From positions 96,001 to 160,000 of IMG/VR virus record IMGVR_UViG_3300037851_000141: 64,000 nt of DNA. One strand, given 5' to 3'. The stretch's first letter is position 1; each line of letters begins with the position of its first letter. The translations under genes and the position numbers were made by a program. The DNA is from a virus. Taxonomy: Duplodnaviria; Caudoviricetes. The notes under the pieces are model-generated. The model ran no database searches and was not told where the DNA came from. It was given only the letters and a program-made list of their open reading frames with translations. Of this stretch, positions 8,584-17,355 are shown piece after piece.

Positions 8584-10185
8584 TCATTTCTTTAGTTTAG
8601 ATAAGTCAATTTTTGGATAGCCGGAATCTTTTAATTTAAGTTCATCAGTTGTAAATATAGATTCTTCCAATTTACGACTTGTTAACTTATCACCTAAACG
8701 ACTTGGAACCGTAGCAATACCTTGAGTTGCGTTGACGGCTTGATTTACAGTACCATCAGCAGCACCAGGGCCAGCAACAGCAGCAGTTCCACACTCGTTC
8801 ATAGCAACATCAAGTATTTTGGCTTCACCAGACTTAAGTAATGATAACAGTTTAATCTGACTAATAAAAGACATTTCGCCATTATCTTTAGTTAATTGGA
8901 TACGACCATTCTTAAATTCTGGATTAACTGAGAAAATATCACCATTTATTTCTATATCTCTGCCTTTTAAGTTTTCAAGTTCAGATAGGTCAGTTGTTTT
9001 AGATAAGAGGGATTGATATGCTTCACGAACTGAGCAGAACATATCACTCTTTTCTTTAGGTTCAACAGTTTCAGCTTCATTCATTTCTGGCTTTGGTTCA
9101 TACATTTCATACCAGTAATTTGTTCCATCATACATAATTGAAACGTTATTATCAACCAAATAAGAATCTTCATCTTCGTCCAATTCATCAACTTGTTCAA
9201 AGCTTGTATCTGTGGCAACATCAAGATTATCATAATGGTTTTCTAAGTCATTATAATTTACATCATCTGATACTTTATCTTCGTCATTATGGATTTGTTC
9301 TGATGCGTAATCTGATATGCTTATTGGACTTAGATCGTTTTTAGCTTCGAGTACTTGGTCAATTTCTTCAAGCATTTTACGGAAGCTGGCTTGAAGACCA
9401 GTTAAGGCAGTTGACATACGTTCATCATTAGTCTTTTTAGTATCTTCGTGTGTTTCTGGGTTTACATCAACATCATTAGCTTTATACTTATCCCATTCTA
9501 TTTCTTCATTTAAGTTTTGTTTTTGTATTTCTTCTTTAGCTGTAGCAGTTGGTAATGGTTTTAACATGCTTATATCAATTTCTTCTGGGTTATTTTTATT
9601 ATCATACCAAATTACAGTAGCTTTTGATCTTCCAGGAACATATTGACGATTGCCGAATTTAGGAATAGCACCGACGCGAATTCTATTTTTTTCTAATGGG
9701 CTATTGGCAAGACGAGCATCAGAATAAGTAACATAATATCCACTTTGAGTTTCATTTTCTGGAGTAGCGATTGGGTCTGTGGTTGGAGCATCTTCTTTTA
9801 CAACTTTTTTAGCAGCAGCGAGTTCGGCTTTAGCAAGAGCAGCCTTTTCAGTTGCTTGTTTCTTATTAAGGTCTGCTATTTCTCCCATTTTTTTAGCTTT
9901 ATCTTGTTCCATTCTTGCTATATTAGTTGTGGTTGTTTCTTCATTTGTAGGAATAATATCTTTTCCTTCAGGCAATTCTTTAGGTAATGGTGCGTCTGGA
10001 ATTGATGATTGTAGTTTATCTTCTGGTTTGGCTTGAGGAAGAACATCAACAACAGGTTCTTCATAAATAACTTCATCATTGAGAACGCGAACACTATATC
10101 CATGTCCTTCAAGAATTGTATATTTTTGGTCTTTAGAAACTACATTAAAGCGTTGACCACGGTATTTAGCCTTCTGTTGTGCCAT
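8584..10185 (-). CDS. Large acidic hypothetical protein, possibly a virion internal protein
   Basis: 533 aa with patchwork composition. Late promoter TATAAATA 25 nt upstream. Many hydrophobic-X-E motifs. Confidence 0.6.
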   Translation of the reverse strand: MAQQKAKYRGQRFNVVSKDQKYTILEGHGYSVRVLNDEVIYEEPVVDVLPQAKPEDKLQSSIPDAPLPKELPEGKDIIPTNEETTTTNIARMEQDKAKKMGEIADLNKKQATEKAALAKAELAAAKKVVKEDAPTTDPIATPENETQSGYYVTYSDARLANSPLEKNRIRVGAIPKFGNRQYVPGRSKATVIWYDNKNNPEEIDISMLKPLPTATAKEEIQKQNLNEEIEWDKYKANDVDVNPETHEDTKKTNDERMSTALTGLQASFRKMLEEIDQVLEAKNDLSPISISDYASEQIHNDEDKVSDDVNYNDLENHYDNLDVATDTSFEQVDELDEDEDSYLVDNNVSIMYDGTNYWYEMYEPKPEMNEAETVEPKEKSDMFCSVREAYQSLLSKTTDLSELENLKGRDIEINGDIFSVNPEFKNGRIQLTKDNGEMSFISQIKLLSLLKSGEAKILDVAMNECGTAAVAGPGAADGTVNQAVNATQGIATVPSRLGDKLTSRKLEESIFTTDELKLKDSGYPKIDLSKLKK

Positions 10186-10714
10186 TTGATTCTTCCTTAT
10201 CGTTATCTTTATTTATACTCTTTTGTCTTAGTAATTCTGTCTTCATTCCATAAACAGCAATACAAACCGCATCAGCAATACCATCTGAGTCAGTTTTACA
10301 CCGCTTTGAAGCTTTCAGTGATATATCTGGGCAATTCTGTTTACAAAAATTTATAGCATCATCTTTATCAGCGGTATTAGCACCCAGAACTTCCTTTTTC
10401 CATTTTTGGGGAGTAACATAATAAAGTGGTATCTCAAGAATATCAAATATTGCGTGAAGTCCTCCAGCAGTCTGACCAAAAGAGAATATAGAAACAACAT
10501 TTTGATTAGGCATAGAACCAACCAATTCAATATACCCAGCATCAACTTTATGATTTTGTATATATTTGTAAACTGCGTTAAAATTAGTTATTATTGATTC
10601 TTTTTTAACTTTTTTTATTCTTTGGATTGGCATGGCAAGAACTTCAACAATTTTGCCACTTTCGCATATAGCAATACCGCCTTTATTCCCTGGGTCGATT
10701 CCTACTATTTTCAT
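10166..10714 (-). CDS. ruvC: RuvC-like Holliday junction resolvase
   Basis: IVGIDPG, YIELV, FSFGQTAG, VTPQKWKK and DGIADAVCIA acidic catalytic pattern. Confidence 0.88.
   Translation of the reverse strand: MKIVGIDPGNKGGIAICESGKIVEVLAMPIQRIKKVKKESIITNFNAVYKYIQNHKVDAGYIELVGSMPNQNVVSIFSFGQTAGGLHAIFDILEIPLYYVTPQKWKKEVLGANTADKDDAINFCKQNCPDISLKASKRCKTDSDGIADAVCIAVYGMKTELLRQKSINKDNDKEESNGTTEG
10210..10217 (-). promoter_or_regulatory. Late promoter (533-aa protein), inside the ruvC 3' end
   Basis: Exact match 25 nt upstream of the ATG. Confidence 0.6.
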
Positions 10715-11127
10715 TTAGCATCTTCTTTGTTGAAAAATTGAGTCAAGAACTTGCTATTACGAACTCCATTTACAAAATCAGCGTATTGAGATGAATCTGG
10801 TTTATGGCCAGTTATTTGAGTAAAGAGGATTCCGATTTCTTCCAATAACGGCTCAGAGGAACAGCATCCACCAACACACTCTTCTTTTATGATTATAGTT
10901 TTTGATTTCTTCCAAGATTCGCCTTCGTTATTACCATTTATTCTTATTTTATGCTGCCATTTATTCATTAGCGTGAAACTTTCAAGTGCGGGAATGAACT
11001 TAATGCCACATTTAGCGCAAGAATATTCATTACACTGAAGATTGCCCGGCTCCATAGTGACTTTTGTTGCGAGTTGGGTTGTTTCGCCGCCGCATTCTGG
11101 ACAGGCTACTTTTGGTTTATTATTCAT
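10711..11127 (-). CDS. Zn-ribbon hypothetical protein
   Basis: CPECGG ... CAKCG at the N-terminus. Confidence 0.65.
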   Translation of the reverse strand: MNNKPKVACPECGGETTQLATKVTMEPGNLQCNEYSCAKCGIKFIPALESFTLMNKWQHKIRINGNNEGESWKKSKTIIIKEECVGGCCSSEPLLEEIGILFTQITGHKPDSSQYADFVNGVRNSKFLTQFFNKEDAK

Positions 11128-11524
11128 TGTTTAATCCTAATTTGGTAAAAAGATTTTGTTCCTTAAATACATTTTTTATATAATTAAGGTTATCTTTTGA
11201 GAAGTAAGGTTTTTTAATCATTTTCTTTTCTTCTGTAAAAAACAATTGATGTCTGGAGTTCATTATAGTAGAACCGTCGATGATATTGTAATACTTTAGT
11301 AATGACTTGACTTCTTTTTCTACAAATAAATAGTTCTCTGCTAATTGGGATTTACATAGATTATAATACGATTCAAGTACAGGCCCAATTTCTTTATCAG
11401 CTTCTTTTAATATAGAGAAAATCAATTTAAGTTCTGGTTCACCTAAGACATGACCATCACGGAGCCTACGAGAATATTCCAATGACTCAAGATGGCGGTC
11501 CAGACGTTTTATAATTTCGGTCAT
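11120..11524 (-). CDS. Hypothetical protein
   Basis: 134-aa ORF, first gene after the late promoter at 11582-11589. Confidence 0.6.
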   Translation of the reverse strand: MTEIIKRLDRHLESLEYSRRLRDGHVLGEPELKLIFSILKEADKEIGPVLESYYNLCKSQLAENYLFVEKEVKSLLKYYNIIDGSTIMNSRHQLFFTEEKKMIKKPYFSKDNLNYIKNVFKEQNLFTKLGLNNE

Positions 11525-11581
11525 AATGATTCTCCAACTGGATATTATAGCAAACTTTGGTATAATATTATCTGGTATATA

Positions 11582-11589
11582 TATTTATA
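11582..11589 (-). promoter_or_regulatory. Late promoter (11524 - ruvC operon)
   Basis: Exact match in the divergent intergenic region. Confidence 0.55.
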
Positions 11590-11603
11590 GAAAAGAGGAC
11601 ACT

Positions 11604-12107
11604 ATGAACGACATCAACTTAGCCAAATACGAAAAACCTGAAAAAGTACAGGAGTATGTTGCCAAAATAAAAGAAGTACAATCAAAAGTAGCAGAAAAGC
11701 TATCATCATATCAAGAATCGGTAACTGGTGATTTAACTGACCTAAAGAAAACAACCTTAGCTGAAGAAACCAAGAGAAACATCGACCTTTATCACAAATA
11801 CAACGTAATATGGTCAAAAGAAAAGATTCAACTAAGTAATCTTAAAGGCAAACTTGATATTATTGAATCAGAATTAACAGACTATTATCGCAACCATTCT
11901 GATATAAGTTCTAAACTCAGATCGGAACAAGCGATAGAGAAATATGTTGTATGTCATGATTGTTATAGAGCTATCAAGAGTCTTTATGATACCCAATATA
12001 TTACAACTCAGTTTATTGAGAATGTTATGATAATGATTAAAGACCGGGCATTCGCAATAAAGAACATGATTGAGTTAATAAAGATTGAAATGGGTATGAT
12101 ATCGTAA
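11604..12107 (+). CDS. uvsY: UvsY-like recombination mediator; likely start ATG 11604 after GAGGA
   Basis: C-terminal FIENVMIMIKDRAFAIKNMIELIK resembles UvsY. Immediately precedes uvsW, as in T4-like phages. Confidence 0.7.
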   Translation: MNDINLAKYEKPEKVQEYVAKIKEVQSKVAEKLSSYQESVTGDLTDLKKTTLAEETKRNIDLYHKYNVIWSKEKIQLSNLKGKLDIIESELTDYYRNHSDISSKLRSEQAIEKYVVCHDCYRAIKSLYDTQYITTQFIENVMIMIKDRAFAIKNMIELIKIEMGMIS

Positions 12108-13543
12108 TGACTATATATTGGGCTAAAATTTATAAAAAAGATAATGTTTGGGCGAGAATATCAAGCAATCACCCAAGCATAGTATCTGATTTATATAACT
12201 ATTTTTCAACATATGCTAAGAATTATAAGTTTATGCCCAAATATAAAGCTGGTATATGGGATGGTAAGATTTATTTTATGAAGAAAGATGGTACATTTCC
12301 TATTGGTTTATTGAAATATGTACTTAAGTTTATAAAGCAAGATGGATTACATGTTCAAGTAGATAAAGCGTTATTACAAACTTATGATGTTTCTGATTTT
12401 ACTGAGGTCACTGAATCTTGGTTATTAGATTGTTGGATACCATTACCACACCAAGTAGAGGGTGCGGTTGCGTGTTTAACTCATAGAAGAGGGACATTAG
12501 AACACGCAACATCAAGCGGCAAATCTTTAACTATTGCTCTTATTATAATGTATGCGCTTAAAAAAGAAATATGTAAAAAAGCACTTATATTAGTTCCAAA
12601 CACGGGCCTTGTTGAACAAATGGCAGCAGATTTATTATCATATGGTGTTCCAGAGAATATGATTGGTAAATTTTGGGGTGGTAAAAAAGATTTTGAGACA
12701 GAAATAACAATATCAACATGGCAATCAATGGCAAGACAACCAGCATTCGTAAAAGCGTTTGATATTGTTATTTGTGACGAAGCTCATGGAGTTAAGGCTA
12801 AAGAGTTTAATAATGTTGCTAAGAATGTTGAAAATGCTATTATGAGATTTGGATGTACTGGAACCATGCCGGAACTAAAATGTGAACGGTGGCCAGTTGA
12901 AGGTATGCTTGGTCAGGTTCTTCATATAGTAACAACGAGAGAACTTATTGATAAAGGATATGCGGCTGATGTTTCAATTAAGATAATATCAATAGTACAT
13001 AACGAAGAAGTAAAAAAGAAATTAAAAGGCGCTCCATATGATGTTGAACGTGATTTTATTGAAGCTTATGATAAAAGAAATAACCTTATTAAATTTATAG
13101 CTGATAAACATATTAAGGTTGGACATAATACTCTTATTCTTGTTGACCATATTGACCAAGCTAAGTTACTGGTTAAGAAAATTGAAGCCATATGTGAAAA
13201 TGTATTCCTTATTATTGGAGATGTTCATCCTAAAAAGAGAGAAGAACTTCGAAACTTTGTCAATGAAAATAAGGGATGTGTAATCGTAGCAACTCCTGGA
13301 GTATTCTCAACTGGTGTTTCAATTAAAAGATTACATGCCATTATTTTCGTTGCTGCTGGTAAATCTAAGTATCGTACAATTCAATCTATAGGAAGAGGTA
13401 TCCGACTTCACAAAGAAAAAAATAAACTTTCGTTGTATGATATTAGTGACGATCTTAAATACGGATCTGACCATTTACAAGAAAGAATTAAAATGTACAC
13501 TAAAGCAGAATTTGACATAGAAGTAAAAGAAGTGAGTTTTTAA
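12107..13543 (+). CDS. uvsW: UvsW SF2 DNA helicase
   Basis: YKFMPKYKAGIWDGKI, ATSSGKS, ITISTWQS, CDEAH, GCTGT, FSTGVSIKRLH, QSIGRGIRL. Confidence 0.95.
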   Translation: MTIYWAKIYKKDNVWARISSNHPSIVSDLYNYFSTYAKNYKFMPKYKAGIWDGKIYFMKKDGTFPIGLLKYVLKFIKQDGLHVQVDKALLQTYDVSDFTEVTESWLLDCWIPLPHQVEGAVACLTHRRGTLEHATSSGKSLTIALIIMYALKKEICKKALILVPNTGLVEQMAADLLSYGVPENMIGKFWGGKKDFETEITISTWQSMARQPAFVKAFDIVICDEAHGVKAKEFNNVAKNVENAIMRFGCTGTMPELKCERWPVEGMLGQVLHIVTTRELIDKGYAADVSIKIISIVHNEEVKKKLKGAPYDVERDFIEAYDKRNNLIKFIADKHIKVGHNTLILVDHIDQAKLLVKKIEAICENVFLIIGDVHPKKREELRNFVNENKGCVIVATPGVFSTGVSIKRLHAIIFVAAGKSKYRTIQSIGRGIRLHKEKNKLSLYDISDDLKYGSDHLQERIKMYTKAEFDIEVKEVSF

Positions 13544-13544
13544 T

Positions 13545-15431
13545 ATGGCAGCCTTTAAGAACATAACCAATATCCCCGTTAAAATAATGTTGAATGGCGA
13601 AAGAAAAACCATTAATCCTGGACAAGTTATTCATGGGCCTGATTCGCTATCCGCTATTCCAGGTCTACAGATGGCGAATAAACAAGCCAGAACAGTTATC
13701 CTTAATCAAAAATCAAATAATACATTAGATACAACCATAAAATTAAACGAACCAATAAAAATACCAGAATCAGAACTTCAAACTGATTATAGTCAGCAAA
13801 TCAATCAAACAATAACTTATCTAAATTATTATAAAAATATAGGACGTTCACCTTCGGTTTCTATAGCAATTTTAACTAAGAACTCATTACATCTTATAAA
13901 AGCATGTTGTGATTCAATTATACAAAAAGTTAAATATCCAAATACAACAATAATGATATGTGATACCGGAAGTGATCAGAAAAATGTATATGATTATTAT
14001 GAAACGGTGAAACAATCTTGTGAACAAAAAGGATTTCAATATAAACTTATTCAATTAAGACATTATCAATATAGTGAGAATTATAATGAGATATCTAAAC
14101 ATGTTGATACAGATTTCTTTTTATTACAAAACAATGATACTGTAGCTCTTAATGATTATATTTCTGAAATGATGGAAATAGCAGTTTTTTCAAACGTAGG
14201 ATCAGTTGGGTGTAGAATGTTATATCCTGATGGTAGAATTCAACATGATGGTCAACATATATTCCAGCCAAACGGTCAACATGTTCCTGGTACTGCTGGA
14301 CATTTACATTTAGGAGCCAGACCCGAACAAATTAATCCAAAAGAACCTAAAATAAAAATAGTTGATGGTAATACTGCTGCCGGTTGTTTAATGAGAACAT
14401 CAGATTATAGAAAATTGAATGGACTTGATGTTAATTATAAAGATATTTTTCAAGATGTTGACATAATGATAAGAATTCCAAATATTCTTAATACGTTCAA
14501 TTACTGTAATAGAAATGCTCTTATTATACATCATGATAACGCAAGTCGAATGGGCACGATGAGAGATCCTAAACGACTTCAACAAATGAGAGATGACACT
14601 TACTATCTTAAACATAAATGTGATTCTAATGGGTGGCAACGAAAAAATCCTAAACAAGTTGATTTTAGTATTATAACACTTGTTCATAATTACGACAGTT
14701 ATAAAGATTTGTTAAACACATTAAGAATTCAACAAGGTAATTTTTCAATAGAACTTATAGCTATACCAAATTTTTATAATCAATTCAATAACATGTATAA
14801 AACACTGAATAACGCTATTGATGTATCTAATGGTCGTTATTTAATGTTTATTCATGATGATGTTCTTGTTTCTAAAGACTTCTTATCTTCAATAGTAAAT
14901 AATATTAGAACCTTTAATAAAAATGGTATCGGGTGGGGGGTTCTTGGCCCTGCTGGTATATTTATGGATGCTGCTGAATCGGCATTTTATTTATTAGATA
15001 AAGATAATAAGATATTGTCAGCATCTAATAATATAGCAAAAAATAAACAATTTCACGAAGTCACATCTTTAGATGAATTGTGCTTAATAATAGATAAACA
15101 AAGTGGTTTAAGATTTTCAAGTAATTTATGTGGATTTCATTTCTATGGGGCTGATATATGTTTGTCTGCTAAAATTCAAGGTTTTAGTAATTTTGCTATT
15201 AACGCATATTGTCATCATAAATCAGACGGAAGTAAAAATTTAAGTGATTCTAAACAGTTTGAGGCATACCGTAATCAAGCATTCGCATTTCATAAACATG
15301 CTAAATTATTAGGACAGAAAAAATGGCGATCAACAACAGCAAGAGGTATAGATAATAACGTGATAATCTTCGCTGTTCCAGAATATCTAAAAAAAGAAAC
15401 TGGTAAAGATGTTCTCATTTACCAACTGTGA
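13545..15431 (+). CDS. Two-domain GT-A (GT2-like) glycosyltransferase with an N-terminal extension
   Basis: Domain 1: SIAILTKN, ICDTGS, LQNNDT, VGCRMLYPDGRIQHDG, FQDVD. Domain 2: FIHDDV, LDELCL, FHFYGADICL. Confidence 0.85.
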   Translation: MAAFKNITNIPVKIMLNGERKTINPGQVIHGPDSLSAIPGLQMANKQARTVILNQKSNNTLDTTIKLNEPIKIPESELQTDYSQQINQTITYLNYYKNIGRSPSVSIAILTKNSLHLIKACCDSIIQKVKYPNTTIMICDTGSDQKNVYDYYETVKQSCEQKGFQYKLIQLRHYQYSENYNEISKHVDTDFFLLQNNDTVALNDYISEMMEIAVFSNVGSVGCRMLYPDGRIQHDGQHIFQPNGQHVPGTAGHLHLGARPEQINPKEPKIKIVDGNTAAGCLMRTSDYRKLNGLDVNYKDIFQDVDIMIRIPNILNTFNYCNRNALIIHHDNASRMGTMRDPKRLQQMRDDTYYLKHKCDSNGWQRKNPKQVDFSIITLVHNYDSYKDLLNTLRIQQGNFSIELIAIPNFYNQFNNMYKTLNNAIDVSNGRYLMFIHDDVLVSKDFLSSIVNNIRTFNKNGIGWGVLGPAGIFMDAAESAFYLLDKDNKILSASNNIAKNKQFHEVTSLDELCLIIDKQSGLRFSSNLCGFHFYGADICLSAKIQGFSNFAINAYCHHKSDGSKNLSDSKQFEAYRNQAFAFHKHAKLLGQKKWRSTTARGIDNNVIIFAVPEYLKKETGKDVLIYQL

Positions 15432-15443
15432 AAAAAAATAATC

Positions 15444-15452
15444 TGATATAAT
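15444..15452 (+). promoter_or_regulatory. Extended -10 sigma70-like promoter TGATATAAT
   Basis: The same 9-mer recurs at 27150-27158 and 46571-46579, each just upstream of a gene. Confidence 0.6.
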
Positions 15453-15478
15453 ATAACAACTCAATAAAGGAAAATAAT

Positions 15479-16006
15479 ATGAATAATGAACAAGACCTCG
15501 TAACAAACTTAATCAAGGAACATATTAATATACACGAACAAGAACGTATAACAGATCAAAAAGAAAAAGATGAAATATTAAAAACTCTCATTATAGACAA
15601 CATTATCGATATAAGTCCTGAAAATGAATCAAATTTCAATCATTTAGAAAAAGTGTGTTGTGAGAAAATTAAACAACTTGATTCTATGCCGAATGTAAAT
15701 CCTTGCGAAATTAGTGAAGAGTTCTGTTCTTTAATGGAAAATATGAGAAATACATCAATGAAACGTTTAAACAGAATTGTTGATCGTTCTATGAAGTTAT
15801 CAATTCCATTAAAACAATATGACCAATTTTTAGATATTCTTGGACATTTAGATCCAGATTTCAAAGAGCAAATTAATAAAATATCTTATTATCCTGATAA
15901 ACAAAAAGAATATATTGACGATTACGTTTCATCAAAATTTTCAATGATTTTCGACAAACTGAACATGTTTGCCAAATTTTTAGACCTGTTGAAAAAAGAT
16001 AGTTGA
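15479..16006 (+). CDS. Hypothetical protein
   Basis: 175-aa ORF with AAGGA RBS and a TGATATAAT promoter upstream. Confidence 0.65.
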   Translation: MNNEQDLVTNLIKEHINIHEQERITDQKEKDEILKTLIIDNIIDISPENESNFNHLEKVCCEKIKQLDSMPNVNPCEISEEFCSLMENMRNTSMKRLNRIVDRSMKLSIPLKQYDQFLDILGHLDPDFKEQINKISYYPDKQKEYIDDYVSSKFSMIFDKLNMFAKFLDLLKKDS

Positions 16007-16084
16007 AATCTAAAAATACTTGAGTAGAATGTAACGTCATCAGTAGGTGGTTATTCCACTGAAGTACATATAAGTATAATCAAG

Positions 16085-16400
16085 TAATATCCGTTGAGGT
16101 TTCAGACTACGGTTCCTGCTAAACTCAGTATACACCGTTATGGTCAATATACTGTAAAAAAACCGGGGAAGAGGTCATTGTTAGGTGAGTAATAGCCTCT
16201 AACAATGGCGGGATGAGCGGATACATCTGAGCAATCGTACCTATTACCGACTGAAACATAAGACACCAACAGTCGAAAAATAAATTGGATTCTGCGCGGA
16301 TGGTCACATATTTTCTGATGTAGGAACTTATTTTTTATGTAATAAGTTCTGGTGGGAATATATGTACCAACTCCAATTTTCGGCTAACTTCGCCCCAAGA
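16085..16400 (+). ncRNA. Candidate structured non-coding RNA (strand uncertain)
   Basis: Only long ORF-free gap in the window (16007-16626). Contains at least six stems, some nested. TATAAT at 16075-16080. No known family recognised. Confidence 0.45.
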
Positions 16401-16505
16401 GAAACTTTTAAATTCAAGGCTTCTATGTAGGAATATATAAAAGAGAAACCTTGGTAATAAACTTCAATCTTATAAAATTGTTAAATGAGATTTTAGATAA
16501 GAATA

Positions 16506-16556
16506 AAAAAAGATTTCGACAAAAAAGATAAAATTGATTAAGAAAAAAGATTTCGA
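16506..16556. repeat. Direct repeat AAAAAAGATTTCGA x2 (16506-16519, 16543-16556) in a very A-rich tract
   Basis: Read directly; a partial third copy lies at 16521-16530. Confidence 0.8.
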
Positions 16557-16626
16557 AAAAAATTAAAGAAAAATGAAGGGTCAAATTCTAAACTAATATA
16601 AACAAAGATAGGATATAATAATAAAA

Positions 16627-17355
16627 ATGAAGAAGATTATAAAAGAAGTTAAGTTGTTATTAGAATATAATGAGAGTTTATTTATTGAGAGAGAAAATGA
16701 CCATAAACAAAGATATTTAGCATATCAGATATTAATACAAATAAAAAAGTATATTGAACTAAAAAAATATAAAGAAATAACACTTAAATCTAAATACGAT
16801 AATGTTGTTATTTCTTTAAACGAATTACATATGAATTTAGATATTGTTTTTTCTATTCGCCCACCAGATGAATGTTATGCTGCCTATGGTGATAATGAAG
16901 TTACGAAAAATAAAATGATTCTTATAAATGTAGGTGTCAACGATAGGATTCTTGAACTATATTACAAAAAAGAATACCATAAAATAATAAATGAAAATGA
17001 ACTATCTTTGATTCATGAAATTATACATTATTTAGATGATTTAAGAACAGAAGGTAAATATAGATTATCAAACAATTATAAGTTAAACAGTTATCCAAAC
17101 TATCCTTCGGAATGGAATGCGTATTATCAAGAAGTAGCAAGTCATTACGATACTATAATTAAACAAATACAACAGATATCAGATAAGAATAATAGAATCC
17201 AAGAATTTTATAAACAAATAGGTAGAAGTCCTTTAGATTTGATTAAAAGAATAGTTAAAGATAATGATATAAAGAAAAATTATAAAGAACAATATTATTT
17301 CAAGTTTGTTAAAAGAATCTATCAGTTATATTATGAATTATTTGATTTATTATAA
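16627..17355 (+). CDS. HExxH protein, paralog 3
   Basis: LIHEIIHYLD, YPNYPSEWNAYYQEVA, KRIYQLYYEL. Confidence 0.8.
   Translation: MKKIIKEVKLLLEYNESLFIERENDHKQRYLAYQILIQIKKYIELKKYKEITLKSKYDNVVISLNELHMNLDIVFSIRPPDECYAAYGDNEVTKNKMILINVGVNDRILELYYKKEYHKIINENELSLIHEIIHYLDDLRTEGKYRLSNNYKLNSYPNYPSEWNAYYQEVASHYDTIIKQIQQISDKNNRIQEFYKQIGRSPLDLIKRIVKDNDIKKNYKEQYYFKFVKRIYQLYYELFDLL

Noticed and set aside
16081-16087. Single CAAGTAA matching the gene 32 leader repeat at the start of the candidate ncRNA
   Set aside because: One 7-mer in AT-rich DNA is expected by chance.
16125-16307. 60-aa minus-strand ORF in the intergenic gap
   Set aside because: No RBS, atypical composition and a non-ATG-like context; more likely a chance ORF across the structured element, though not excluded.
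16085-16400. Assignment to tmRNA, RNase P, group I/II intron or IscB omega-RNA
   Set aside because: Only short resemblances (CAGACTAC, ACGGTTC, GGGGCGAA on the minus strand). There is no tRNA-like 3' end, no P7 partner strand, no AGC triad in a domain V, and no associated HNH/IscB ORF.
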